Shown: positions 10,773 to 24,842, numbered from the stretch's first letter. The stretch: DNA of 64,000 bases from Octopus bimaculoides (GCF_001194135.2 NC_068986.1:102025638-102089637), one strand, 5' to 3'. The notes: a model not told the origin generated them from the letters alone. A program made the numbers and translations.

Positions 10773-13056
10773 TATGTTGATGAATTTTTCCATGACAAAA
10801 ATTCAACACGATTTTAAATGCTACACACATGAACAAAGTCTCTGTATAGCTCAGTGCCTGTGTGCAAATGGCAGCATGAGGTGCTAGAATTCAACTTCGC
10901 ATATATCAAACGGTATTTTCATAGGAAGAAATCCCATGCGAACAACGTAGCTGATGCGTCAGGAATATTTGTATTTTTATTTTTCATATAGGGAATAGTT
11001 TAGTATGATACTAAAACATAAAACTCGAGAAAAACACATTTTAATTCACAACAAACAAACGAAAACAAAAATTGTGACATCAAGAATCCTCTTTACTGAT
11101 AGTGAATACCATGATCTCTACTAAAATTAATCTTGCCTGTTATATGGAATGAACAAGAGGAGCTACGCACATATAGAGATCTATATATCTGGCGTCGTCG
11201 TCTTCAATTGATATATAGGAAATAATTAATATTCTGAAAGTAGTAGTTGCTATTATTTGACATGCGGTAAGGTTTCTGTCTAGATGAAACTCTCTAAGAG
11301 AGCTGCTAGTTGTACGTACAAATGATGAAGTAACTGATGAAAGAATCAACTGAAATAATATCATACCAGGGTTGTATAAAGTATGTTAACTAGTCACCAC
11401 GAGATGGATAAGCATCTTCCATTTTTCAAAATTAGGATGATGATATTTTGAAGATTATCTCTTATTTTGAATTAACTTATTTCCCCATGCTATCAACATT
11501 CCTACAGGTGACCTATCTGACACACCTAACATCCTAACCCCAACGAATTTCACTCTTATTTCACAATCATATGTTATGTGGCCTGATTCGGAAGCAAAAA
11601 ACCCACAGAAATACACAAATATCATCAATAACTTACATTACGCCTATTCACTATGTACTGGATTATTCAAACATTAGAACAAGGGTCTATATTACGATGA
11701 GAATTTGGAAACGTGTGATAACAAATTTCAATATGACTACGAAATAGATGTAGCTATATCATAATATTTTTTTTGCGTACAGGAAGCATGAAAAATATGA
11801 CAACACACTTAATAAAGTGTGTTGTCAGGTGATTATCGATTGCTTTCCTTGCTCAGAATTTTTACTATGGATTAATTTCATAGGTCAACGTTTCTATCAT
11901 CGTTGCTGTATGTTATACTATGTAAAACGATACAAACGATTGTTTTTGTTACTCTATTGTGTTTTGATTCTTGGAATGCAGGCGCTGTCTGTTTGCCACT
12001 TGGGAAAAGTAATATTTTGCTGATATGGAAGATGGATGATGCAGTGTTACGTAGTTTCAAACATACACATATTCCTAGATAATATTTTAGCATTATCCTG
12101 GGGTAAGCTCTTGCTTGAAGTAAAAACCACAGTTACAATTTTCTGCTGTCCGATTTACATTTAGATAAAGCATTTTCATTCTTAGTCGTGATGGCTTTAT
12201 CACAGAGTTTAAGTCGTAACTAATAGTAAGCATATTTTGTTACAATTTTTTTATCTCTGAAGCTACTGCTATCTTGCACCTTCGGATGATGTCTACTCGA
12301 CGGCGACACGCCTGCCACTCAACAGCCAGTCCACTGTCAGGCGAAAATATTATGATAGAATACACACTACTTTCTTATTTCCTTTGAAAGACCACGTTGT
12401 AGGGGCAAGTTTGTAATAACTCAGAACTTTATGAAAATACGTTCTGAGGAAGCATAATTTTACTGTTTGTTTTTATAGGTCATCCGAAATCTGATTAGCT
12501 TTGTTGTATAAGGACAATGCTCAGATGTTTGTTTCAAGATGAAACGGTTTAACATTTTTGTACTTTAGCTAAAAGTATCATGCTGTGTCTTAGATTTAAA
12601 CATCAGAATTACCTTTAATTTAGACATCTAACACATGAAATGGGTTGGCATATTTCAATAAATTTTCGACGATTCTACATGTGCACAGTAAAAATTATAT
12701 TATACCAGCATCTATTTCGTAGTCATCTCTCAATTCCTAATTCCGCTTTTGCATTGTCTATAGCATTCAATTATAATAAATATAGTACTTTCCTTTAAAC
12801 TCTAAACTTAGTTCATTCATATTTTCTCGAACGTAAGATATATTGAATATGTTCAGATATTATTTTAGATATATCTTACTTCAGATGTAGTGTATATTGA
12901 CACATATGTGTAAATAAAGAAAGTGTACAATTATTTATTAAGCATATTATAATCAAATGAATAAGGTAAACCAAGCATTTTACAGATTTTTTTTAGCTGA
13001 CAACTCTTATAAAATATATATGGATTTTGGAAGCCAAAGATTCATCATTTGTGTAT

Positions 13057-13437
13057 TGTTGTTGGCACTCCGTTGCTTACGACGTCGAGGGTTCCAGTTG
13101 ATCCGATCAACGGAACATCCTGCTCGTGAAATTAACGTACAAGTGGCTGAGCACTCCACAGACACGTGTATCCTAAACGTAGTTCTCGGGGATATTCAGT
13201 GTGACACATTGTGACAAGGCTGACCCTTTGAAATACAGGCACAACAGAAACAGGAAGTAAGAGTGAGAGAAAGTTGTAGTGAAAGAGTACAGCAGGGTTC
13301 GCCACCATCCCCTACGGGAGCCTCGCGGAGCTTTAGGTGTTTTCGCTCAATAAACACTCACAACGCCCGGTCTGGGAATCGAAACTGCGATCCTATGACC
13401 GCGAGTCCACTGCCCTAACCACTGGGCCATTGCGCCT
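13057..13437 (-). mobile_element. tRNA-headed SINE family B, well preserved
   Basis: Minus strand AGGCGCAATGGCCCAGTGGTTAGGGCAG (A box) ... GTTTCGATTCCCAGACC (B-box-like), a ~300-nt body and a (CAA)n-like tail; CpG-rich relative to flanks. Confidence 0.85.
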
Positions 13438-14847
13438 TCACCATCTGTGTATATACCGAAGCTAAAAATAGGGGATTAATTCTCAATTTAGCAAATCGGG
13501 GTAAAGCTATTAGACAGAGTACCTTCAGTAGGAATATGTGATAATTTGTACTTCAAAATGGAATCGAGGACATATATGACTAAAAACAAACAAAATATTT
13601 CAATATAATCAAGAACGTTTTATCAATTCAGTACTAAAAATGTCTACTAAAACTCTCAAATAATTTCTTTTGTGTCTGGTTATTCAGATGACGTAATAAC
13701 AAATATGATATTAATTACAATAAATGACATTAATTATATTGCGCGATTTTTTAAAGAATAACATATGTGTATTCCCAAATAAATTTAGACTTCATTATTA
13801 ATAATATAAAATGCCATTCCAGAATGCTACGACTTAATAGTATTACATTCTAGAGAGGTAATTTCATATGATAATAGTATTAATGCATACACAGAAATTC
13901 GTGTGTCATACCTAGAAATACATAATTAGATGTTTATCATATAGATACGCTGATGTATTGATATGCTTCATAACATGTATAAATTGCGCTAGAAAATAGT
14001 TTTTGCTAGAGAATCGTGTTTTTATAACTGCATCTTATTGAATCTTGTGTAATTTTTTGTCTGATATAAATTATGCAATATTCTGCGGAATAAACATCAG
14101 GAAATGTGTAAAAACAGCATTTTCAAAAACTTTCTCTTTTACACATGCACAAGAGATGACCCAAAGTACAGTATGTAAATAGAACTACATTTTATGGCAA
14201 AACAGTCTTGCCTAAACTAAACGTATGAAAAAAGGGAAAACGTACATATGAACACATTGGAACTCATTAAAATGTTTTTAGTATTCTTATTTAAAAGGAA
14301 TGGAAACATTCCGTTAAGCAACGAATACATAACACGCACACATGCTTAAACACATACATTCACACATTTAAAAATCTCCCTAAACAATTTTGTTAGAGTC
14401 TATTTCTGCAGCAAGATAGTGACAACTTATAGAGAAATGTAATGACTAAAAGAAAATTGACCTCTAGAATTTCTTTAACTTTAACGATACGAAAAAAAAT
14501 ATTCGTTTGGACATGTAGCTATCATGACATGTGAGCAAACATCTCAGAAGGTGACACCTTTCTTTCTTTATTTATTTATTTATTTATTTATTTCTTTCGT
14601 TCTTTCTTTGTTACTTCCTTTTTTTCTTTCTTTCTTTCTATCCTTGTTTTTATCTTTCATTCATCCTGTCTCAGGTAGTATTATATAACCACATTGCGTG
14701 AAGGCAGCAGATATGTTATAAAATACTGTCCGAGATGTTTTTTATCACATGAAACTACTAGTAGCTCACACAAACGTTTTTTTGTTTTGTTTAGTGAATA
14801 GTATATATACAAAGACACACATACACACATGCACACACATATTGTGA

Positions 14848-15050
14848 AGGCACATGGCTTGCAGGCTAGGGTGTTGCATTCACGAATGCGACATCTGGGT
14901 TCAATTCCCTGACCGAGCGTTGCGTTGTGTTCTTGAGCAATGCACTCCATTTGAAGTTAATCTGAGATCATTTCGCCATCTGACATGTGGTACCCTGTTG
15001 CATTGGTACAGGGAATATCAAATTGAAGGAGTGAGTGAGATTATGGTTAT
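14848..15050 (+). mobile_element. tRNA-headed SINE fragment (family C)
   Basis: GGCACATGGCTTGCAGGCTAGGGTG...GGGTTCAATTCCCTGACCGAGCG...GTGTTCTTGAGCAA: A/B boxes plus a TTGAGCAA motif. Confidence 0.7.
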
Positions 15051-15141
15051 AAAAACATTTAACCGCTATAAGCAAAATAATCTGTGTGGTTGTTCTGTAT
15101 GAAATTGTCAAACCCTCATACATCGTCTAACTATGGCAGAG

Positions 15142-15165
15142 TCTATTATTATTATTATTATTCTT

Positions 15166-15197
<32 letters not shown>

Positions 15198-15210
15198 TAT
15201 ATATACATAC

Positions 15211-15291
<81 letters not shown>

Positions 15292-15302
15292 TGTATGTAT
15301 AT
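15142..15302. repeat. Compound (TAT)n-(TA)n-(TATG)n microsatellite
   Basis: Direct reading of the sequence. Confidence 0.95.
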
Positions 15303-15305
15303 ATA

Positions 15306-15675
15306 GGCGGAGGAATGACGTGTGGTAAGTAGCTTGGTTAAAAGCCACATGGTTGCATCTTGGGCAAGTGTCTTCTATTATAGCCTCGGGCTGACCAAAA
15401 CCTTGTGAGTGGATTTGGTAGACGGACATTGAAAGAAGCCCATTGGGTATGTGTGTATGTGTGCATGTGTGTGTTTGCGTCTCTGTGTTTGTCCCCCCAG
15501 CATCGCTTGACAACCTATGTTTCTGTGTTTACGTCCCCGGTTCGGCAAAAGAGACCTGTAGAATAAGTACTAGGCTTACAAAGTATAAGTCCTGGGATCG
15601 ACTTGGTCGACCAAATGTGGTGTTCCAGCATGGCCGCAGCCAAATGCCTGAAACAAATAAAGAATAAAAAAGAAT
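15306..15675 (+). mobile_element. SINE family A, full length with B-box region deleted
   Basis: Matches the 42912 copy but lacks the CCAGGTTCAGTCCCACTGCG segment; 3' tail GAAACAAATAAAGAAT. Confidence 0.9.
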
Positions 15676-16991
15676 ATGTACATATATATTTATATGTATA
15701 TATATTAAAATGTGGATATGTGTGTATGCATGTAAAAGCATGCGTATATATGTATTTGTATATATATATGTATATATATTAAAATGTGGATATGTGTGTA
15801 TGCATGNNNNNNNNNNNNNNNNNNNNNNNNNNNNNNNNNNNNNNNNNNNNNNNNNNNNNNNNNNNNNNNNNNNNNNNNNNNNNNNNNNNNNNNNNNNNNN
15901 NNNNNNNNNNNNNNNNNNNNNNNNNNNNNNNNNNNNNNNNNNNNNNNNNNNNNNNNNNNNNNNNNNNNNNNNNNNNNNNNNNNNNNNNNNNNNNNNNNNN
16001 NNNNNNNNNNNNNNNNNNNNNNNNNNNNNNNNNNNNNNNNNNNNNNNNNNNNNNNNNNNNNNNNNNNNNNNNNNNNNNNNNNNNNNNNNNNNNNNNNNNN
16101 NNNNNNNNNNNNNNNNNNNNNNNNNNNNNNNNNNNNNNNNNNNNNNNNNNNNNNNNNNNNNNNNNNNNNNNNNNNNNNNNNNNNNNNNNNNNNNNNNNNN
16201 NNNNNNNNNNNNNNNNNNNNNNNNNNNNNNNNNNNNNNNNNNNNNNNNNNNNNNNNNNNNNNNNNNNNNNNNNNNNNNNNNNNNNNNNNNNNNNNNNNNN
16301 NNNNNNNNNNNNNNNNNNNNNNNNNNNNNNNNNNNNNNNNNNNNNNNNNNNNNNNNNNNNNNNNNNNNNNNNNNNNNNNNNNNNNNNNNNNNNNNNNNNN
16401 NNNNNNNNNNNNNNNNNNNNNNNNNNNNNNNNNNNNNNNNNNNNNNNNNNNNNNNNNNNNNNNNNNNNNNNNNNNNNNNNNNNNNNNNNNNNNTATATAT
16501 ATATATATATTTGTGTGTGTGTTTGTGTATGTGTATGTGCGTATATATGTGTGTGTCTGTTATATGTGTGTAGTTATGAATGCATGTATAAAACATGTGT
16601 TTGAGTAGTTATATATTTTCTTCTGTAATTATAATTTTATACCACGATGCGTTCATCTCATCAAATACCATTTCTCTAATTAATTTCCACAAACACCTGT
16701 TACAAAATGTAAGAAAGAATAAACGACTTGTGTTGTATTATAATTGAGAAAGAAAATCGAAGATATATTATCATGGCATATTAAAATCTATAATTAATTA
16801 AATATCTAGAATCTCATTATGCAAGTTTGAAATAATGCATATTGCTCGTTATATAATTACTGAATGATTACCAGCCACTCTGCGAATAATGGAATAATTT
16901 CTATGAATGCTGACGAACGCTCATATTCTAACACCTCAAAATGAACACGCTTACTGTATTCCTGTAATCTTCATACAGTTGATAACATACA

Positions 16992-17195
16992 CGAGGGTGC
17001 TGTGAAGTTCCTGAATTTAAGGCTGTCAAGAACGGCCTGGTTGGAGGCCAAAATATCCGAAATCTTTTTGTAGAAACACTGAAGAACCGCTGCAATAATT
17101 GTATGAATCTAAGAGGGGTATATGATGAATAAGATTTACCGATCCTCCTCTGTTTTCTTTTACCAAAGCCAGTACTGATTTTTAGCACGATCTCG
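16992..17195 (+). mobile_element. Internally deleted mariner derivative (MITE)
   Basis: Imperfect TIRs CGAGGGTGCTGTGAAGTTCC...AGCACGATCTCG with TA on the right; interior ends in remnants of the mariner C-terminus (LYESKRG). Confidence 0.7.
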
Positions 17196-17454
17196 TAATC
17201 CATTTCGTTTATTCTATGTAGCCTACGTATATTAATTATAACTTAAGTGAATCCCATTCACACAACATTATAAAATGTACAGTCTATAATTTTGAAGTGA
17301 TTCTAATAAAGCAAGATATTTATTTGTGGGCACGTATGCACGCGTAAGAATATAAGGTGTCGAAATATTTTTCATGCAAAAATTGTTAATAAATATGTCA
17401 GAATTTACGTTTTAGACAGTCATTGCTATGCTATAATCGTATAGAATGTCAAGA

Positions 17455-17650
17455 TGCTGGCTGCTGTTCTGTGCAATTTCTAAAGAGATAGAGTGTAGGA
17501 GCTATATTAGGACCAGATTAAGATGAAGGCTGCTATTATTTGGTGTGCAGCATCAGCAAGCAAACATCATCTTAAAGGCTATCATGGCAACATGTGAGAG
17601 GACCAGGCATTTGATATGGCTGAAAAGAATTGATGAGACGCAGCTGTAAA
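17455..17650 (+). mobile_element. Possible REL-endonuclease C-terminus of an old non-LTR element
   Basis: Frameshifted EIECRSYI ... ILKAIMATCERTRHLIWLKR resembles the EVGCRGF...AExxSxWIWLKR end of REL-type LINEs. Confidence 0.3.
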
Positions 17651-18231
17651 GGTGATGATCCCAAAATGGTTTGAACAGTAGTTGGGGCCTTGCATAATTA
17701 TGAGCGCTATAAACCGACGAGAGAAAGACCCATAAAATGTTATACATTCTATTTAATGACACTTGAAACATTCTGGCATCCGATGTGCAGAGTTTTCGAT
17801 TAAGATATTTCCAACTCTATAATCATAATAATATCAACTGTCACTGACATGATAGAAAGACTGCATGGCTTCTTTAAAAGACTCAAAGACATCCAAAAAG
17901 TCAGGTTAACAATGGCAAAGATCATCAACGTCGCAATGAAGTAGAAAATATATTGCAGAAACCAATATACGTCTTTGTGGTTTTGTGTGTAGGCGTTTGT
18001 CTGGGATCATACCTGAGTATGTGTNNNNNNNNNNATATGTATGCGTGTAGGTATGGATCTATAGTAGGATTAGAAAGAATAAGTCCTTGGTATGCCAATA
18101 TATATTTAGAAAACTGAATGCATTTCTGATAATTTTTCCAGTTTCATAATTAGATTATAAAGAATTGTGTGTTTATAAATGTGTATATATACATTTAATT
18201 ATAATTGTGTATTCATTTTCTCAAATATATA

Positions 18232-18459
18232 GACGAAGGCGTGGCTGTGTGCTGAGAAGCTTGCTTCTCAACCACATAGTTCCGTGGTCCGTCCCACAGC
18301 GTGGCACCGACCACATAGTTCCGTGGTCCGTCCCACAGCGTGGCACCGACCACATAGTTCCGCGGTCCGTCCCACAGCGTGGCACCTTGGACGGTTAATT
18401 TCTAATATAGACATGAGCCGACCAAATCCTTTTATGTGTATTTGGTAGATAGAAACTGA
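18232..18459 (+). mobile_element. SINE family A 5' part with an internal 39-bp triplication
   Basis: Head GGCGTGGCTGTGTGCTGAGAAGC; 3 x ACCACATAGTTCCG(T/C)GGTCCGTCCCACAGCGTGGCACC(G/T) at 18271-18387. Confidence 0.9.
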
Positions 18460-18502
18460 TATATATATATATATATACATATACTTATATATATTTTATG
18501 CG

Positions 18503-18546
<44 letters not shown>

Positions 18547-21536
18547 ATGTGTACGTATATATATATATATATATATACGTATATATATACATATATATAT
18601 ATATGTGTATATATATATATATNNNNNNNNNNNNNNNNNNNNNNNNNNNNNNNNNNNNNNNNNNNNNNNNNNNNNNNNNNNNNNNNNNNNNNNNNNNNNN
18701 NNNNNNNNNNNNNNNNNNNNNNNNNNNNNNNNNNNNNNNNNNNNNNNNNNNNNNNNNNNNNNNNNNNNNNNNNNNNNNNNNNNNNNNNNNNNNNNNNNNN
18801 NNNNNNNNNNNNNNNNNNNNNNNNNNNNNNNNNNNNNNNNNNNNNNNNNNNNNNNNNNNNNNNNNNNNNNNNNNNNNNNNNNNNNNNNNNNNNNNNNNNN
18901 NNNNNNNNNNNNNNNNNNNNNNNNNNNNNNNNNNNNNNNNNNNNNNNNNNNNNNNNNNNNNNNNNNNNNNNNNNNNNNNNNNNNNNNNNNNNNNNNNNNN
19001 NNNNNNNNNNNNNNNNNNNNNNNNNNNNNNNNNNNNNNNNNNNNNNNNNNNNNNNNNNNNNNNNNNNNNNNNNNNNNNNNNNNNNNNNNNNNNNNNNNNN
19101 NNNNNNNNNNNNNNNNNNNNNNNNNNNNNNNNNNNNNNNNNNNNNNNNNNNNNNNNNNNNNNNNNNNNNNNNNNNNNNNNNNNNNNNNNNNNNNNNNNNN
19201 NNNNNNNNNNNNNNNNNNNNNNNNNNNNNNNNNNNNNNNNNNNNNNNNNNNNNNNNNNNNNNNNNNNNNNNNNNNNNNNNNNNNNNNNNNNNNNNNNNNN
19301 NNNNNNNNNNNNNNNNNNNNNNNNNATAACTGCAACATCTTTCCAAGAGATCTATGAGCATTTGATTAGGATGCGAGTTCAGTGGAAAAATTAAAAAAAA
19401 AAAATCCAAGACACTGCTAATTTCATTTTCCATCACTTATATATTTAGAAATTTCAGGCAGTTGTTTTAGTTAAACACCAGGTAATTTCTTATAAAGTAA
19501 ATTCATGATTTGCACGTTCTACATCTGTGGCATTATTAGGTTTGCGCATACGTTTTCATAATATGTAGTGTATTTTTCGTTAAGCCAGCATGTGCGTATT
19601 TCGAAGCATATCTCACCGACAGGTTGAGGAAACTCACATTTTGTAGGTGAGTGTGGTTGATTTGTGAAAGCCTGTTATATGTTTGCTGCCAAGAAAAGTT
19701 TGGCAGGTTTTGATGTTGTATTCGCACATACAATATACTCTCAAGGTTATTAATGATGGTTGGGTTATATTTAACATTTAATATAAACGTTGGGCTTTTG
19801 TTCATCTTTTCAAATGGTTGCGTGATTAATTTATGTATCTAAGAGATCAGGCATATTTTTCATGCATTAAGAAATGTCACTGCAAACGAATCCGTCATAG
19901 ATAGAACAGCGAATTACTTCCTAACATGCATTATAATACTAAAGTCAGAATCGGTAGTTATAGTAAATTTCTTGCCAAGGTCTATTTATATAAATCATTT
20001 TATAATCATGTAGTAAATACATCGACATTCAGCTGACTGAATTGCTTATATGTTTTTGAGTTTATGCTATTACACCAGCTGGAAATAAATATTGTAGACA
20101 TATACTTACACGCTACTCCAGTTATCATTCTTTCATGGTGTGGGTTGTTAATAGACAACTAATTAGGCTTTGATCACAAGTCAGTGACAGTGACCCTGCT
20201 CTACACAAATTAGCTACGTTTCATCAAATTAGTGAAATTATTTAAAATTACACCCGAAGCATAGGCTAAGAACACCTGATCCCCCACCACTACCAGTCCG
20301 TGGGCAAAAGAAACAGTAATCTCCAAAGAGGAGCAAATATTTTCGTTACATCGTGCGTTCTTATAATCATCTATAAGGTATAAAGGTCCGGATTACTGAA
20401 ACGATTCGCTGAAAAAATATAAACCCGCTTCTAATTATATTACTGAAATTACATTACTCTCACTGCGTAAAAGAAAGTGCAAACTCCAAACGGGAGCAAC
20501 CATTAACTTCAAGTGACCTTGGCAAGAAATTCAACTAAAATGAAAATGTATCATACACAGACACTTTACTTCGAACACAATGAAGAACAAACATTCTAAT
20601 TCAAAGAAATTGTATGAGGATATTATAATATATTAAGTAGAAGACGGTATGAAGACTGGCTATATCATATAAACACATTTCAAGAAAGAAACACTTCATG
20701 TATAACTTGATAAAATATTAAGAAGCAATAAGAAGATGTCCAAGGAAAATTCCACAGAAGAAATGTTATGTAAGCAATGAAATATATATATACACACATA
20801 CACATATGCACACCTATATACATACACATATATACACACACATACAGACACATACACACACGCGCACAAACACGCTCACACACCCCACACAAACGCAAGC
20901 ATACATCCACACCACAAACATACACACACGCACACACGCACACACATATATAAATATGTAAAACATCAGTTACACAATGAGCAAAAGTGTTTACTTATAT
21001 ATTCTCAATATGCCACAGTATTTTCCAACATGAATATACAAATCGCTATTGTGTTTTTTCATAGGAGGACCCGTTTTGTGATGAAACACAATAACAATTG
21101 GCAGATTCACGCTAGAATTTGCCGGAGAATATTAGCAATAAATATTCATGTCATCGTGTGTATATCACTCTCTACATTTCATTTTGTGACTTAATACAAT
21201 AAGCTTTTCCGTGATAATATGTTCTACATAAACCACCAAATGCACTTGGTACGTTTCATGGAGTGTTCCAAGGAATTATAATGGTGAAACATATATACGC
21301 ACTAACAATATAAATTGTGTTTATCCTAGTTTATCTCAGAAACACACACAGGCTCACACACATACATACATATATGTGGGTGTGTGTGTGTGTGTGTATG
21401 TATTCGTACATATATATATATGCACGTTTTGAACACCCTGTTTATATATGCGTATATATATAAATCATCTTCCAAATAAACAATCTTCTGAAACCGAATG
21501 GGGTCTCATACTAGTTGGAGCATTCAACCAATGTGG

Positions 21537-21574
<38 letters not shown>

Positions 21575-21757
21575 NNNNNNNNNNNNNNNNNNNNNNNNNN
21601 NNNNNNNNNNNNNNNNNNNNNNNNNNNNNNNNNNNNNNNNNNNNNNNNNNNNNNNNNNNNNNNNNNNNNNNNNNNNNNNNNNNNNNNNNNNNNNNNNNNN
21701 NNNNNNNNNNNNNNNNNNNNNNNNNNNNNNNNNNNNNNNNNNNNNNNNNNNNNNNNN

Positions 21758-21791
<34 letters not shown>

Positions 21792-23240
21792 TGTGTGTGT
21801 GTGTATAAATAAGTGTATAATATTTATACACAGAGAGGTGACCCTTTACAGAACGCCTTACATGCTAGTGAGAGCATACCTGTTTTGTTGTTAGACAGTA
21901 ACAAATATTTTCCAAATATGGCTCTACGGAATGTAGTGGAGTGTGACCGTTTACTCCTTGCGTTCTTGACAATGGTGCGCGTATATTTGTATTATAACAT
22001 ACGTGTATAAGAATTACGAACATTCACAGAAAGAAGGCTGTTGTCATGTACTAGCGCTTCAAGCTCTTTCTTTCAAGGGTGGTGTCTTTTTGAGAATATA
22101 TAATGGTGTAGAGAGGTTTGTAGAAAAGTGCTCTAATAATCGTCACATTAGTTTGATGTTTGTAATGTATTATACGCGATTTAAATATCACATTAATTTA
22201 TAAAAGATATTCTGGGGATGATTCATGAACGTAATATTGTGGATCGGAGACGCTTGTGGGAGATTAATATGTGCTAGATGATAATATATACAATTAGACA
22301 TTCCAGAGACATTAATGTTGTACATAGAGGATTTGTTTATGTGTAGAATAATTCCTTAAAGTTAAAGATATTGCAAACGTCTAATTGAAAAATTATGAAA
22401 CAAGAAAAACTGATATATTTGAATATTTGTATATAATTCTTGGGTTTTAAAAGAAGCTTTCAATGAAAGATAAGTATCGTTCATCTGGTATGTCTGCATC
22501 AATTAAAAGTTTTGTTTGTGTATTCTAATCCTGAAGGTAAAATGAAATAATATGGATAGGTTTTTGCTTGTAAAGAAACTAGTATATTTACGAAACACAA
22601 TATGATTTTGCATGAGCATGGATACGAATGATTTGAAGTGCTGTTCTTTGCTTGCATTTTGATTGTTGTGTTTGAGGTCAGTTCAGGCAGTTTTGAATAT
22701 GTGCGGATTGACGTGTATCAGGTTATACGTCACTGAATGCTTAGTTGTGCTAACGTCATATAACTGCTATTAGAAGTGTTTGCCGGCACACATTTTCTCG
22801 GAACATAGTAATTCAAATTTGGGAGATGGAATAATTATACACTCGGACCCCTTAATTGTTTTCCCTTTTATACGTTTGTGACCATTAACGAACTTTNNNN
22901 NNNNNNNNNNNNNNNNNNNNNNNNNNNNNNNNNNNNNNNNNNNNNNNNNNNNNNNNNNNNNNNNNNNNNNNNNNNNNNNNNNNNNNNNNNNNNNNNNNNN
23001 NNNNNNNNNNNNNNNNNNNNNNNNNNNNNNNNNNNNNNNNNNNNNNNNNNNNNNNNNNNNNNNNNNNNNNNNNNNNNNNNNNNNNNNNNNNNNNNNNNNN
23101 NNNNNNNNNNNNNNNNNNNNNNNNNNNNNNNNNNNNNNNNNNNNNNNNNNNNNNNNNNNNNNNNNNNNNNNNNNNNNNNNNNNNNNNNNNNNNNNNNNNN
23201 NNNNNNNNNNNNNNNNNNNNNATGTTTATATGTATGTATA

Positions 23241-23303
<63 letters not shown>

Positions 23304-24794
23304 AAGTACATACATATGTATGCACTTGTCATGACAAGAGATAAGCACATCAGAGACAGCGCTAATGTCTGCTGTAATTTCATTTGAAGGTGATAATTGG
23401 TGTCAGTGAACTTGATAGATGCGGTACCAATGTTCTATCTAATAATGGTAATAAGGACATGAAATATAGAAATTATAAATTTTCTCGGGTATAAATTAGT
23501 AAGTGTTGTACTGTCTGCGCTTTCATTACCAATCTTGTTCAAAGAGTTACAAACGATGTTGATCTGGTATTAGGTGAGAAAGCGACGTGTGCCAATGAAA
23601 ACATAGTTCTTACACAATGGCTCGACGTTATCTTTCTGTTGAGCGCTCAAAGGTTACTTATCTATGATAAACGCTGAAATATAACGACACAAAATGGAGT
23701 ATTTCGGTATTAGTCACTCCATATTAATAATAACACTGAAATCAAATAATCATACTGTACCGTAGTGTTCAATAGACAATAAGAGACTGTTGGATGATGG
23801 AAAGTATTGATCAGGATAAGACTACATATATGATTTCAAATTCCATCTTGTATCATTCGGTTTCTGTCATATGTATTGAGAATCTCTTAGAGGCTTTATA
23901 AATACAATAGCGCAATTTTGTCGCCTCAAATTTTGTTGAGCTATAATATAATTCTGCCTCACACAGTTGATCAAATATTTCATTGACCGAACATATTCTA
24001 ATCGTTAATAACCAATCTTTACTGAAACACATGTTATGTTAATCTATGCAAGAATTTACATATACAAAAAGAGATACAAATAAGCGAATATATTCCTGGA
24101 TACATGTAACATACAAGAGTTTGTATGCGTATATATGTGTTGATGTATGTAAATGTCTATATAAATGTGTTGATACGCATGTGCGTATACATCTTCACAG
24201 ATATAAATTCTCCAATTATTCTACTACTCACCGATAACCTGTCCTTTCAAGCAACTTAACTTATATTCCCTATTTTTCATTCCACCTCAATTTTACAACC
24301 ATTACCTTTTCTCTATACTTTCTATGCCCATCGCTAAAGCTCTATCACAACATACCTCACACTCTTTTACTCTTTACCATCTCATTTCTTCCTCTCTCAC
24401 TCTCTCCTCTCACATCTCCCTTCCTTCTATCATTTTATCCTGACCACTAGCTAGCACACCTCTTTCTTCATTTGTTTATGTCTCTGTCCCGTTTTTTCTC
24501 TCTTCCTGTTTTTTTGATTTGACCTGACACACACAATCTCAACTTTTAAGTCACTTTAAAAAACCCTCGATCGAATAACGCCAATTACAAGACTCTATGC
24601 TTGGAATGACCAAATATAAACACCATTGGAACTCACACACAAGGTACAGGTAACATTTATGCACCATTCTGCTTAAATAATGGAACTGCAGATGCAGTAT
24701 CCTTGCGTATGCCACGTCTGTTTACATTTCTCCACTTCACTCTGTATTTCATATCTTCTCTATAATAACTATTACTTAAACAGTTTCTCGCACC

Positions 24795-24842
24795 GTCTAT
24801 GATGAAGAGATATATAAAACATCCTGGAAACAGCTGTAAGAC
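24795..24842 (+). ncRNA. Degenerate type I hammerhead-like motif in a probable PLE terminal repeat
   Basis: GUCU-AUGAUGA-...-GAAA-CAGCUG-UA-AGAC: stem I GUCU/AGAC, palindromic stem III ACAGCUGU, GUA triplet. Core C3 changed to A and stem II imperfect. Confidence 0.55.

Noticed and set aside
11471-11764. Near-open + frame (~97 codons, one stop) with an AG acceptor at 11506-11507
   Set aside because: No recognisable motif and no convincing donor; cannot be distinguished from chance or an old relic.
13360-13437. tRNA gene call
   Set aside because: It has A/B boxes but continues into a 300-nt SINE body and lacks a clean cloverleaf.
18271-18387. CRISPR-like array
   Set aside because: Head-to-tail repeats with no spacers, inside a SINE, in animal DNA.
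19585-23447. Extra + strand exon candidates (19585/19589-19646, 21895-21974, 23390-23447)
   Set aside because: Each is short or has one weak splice site, with no family evidence; plausible by chance.
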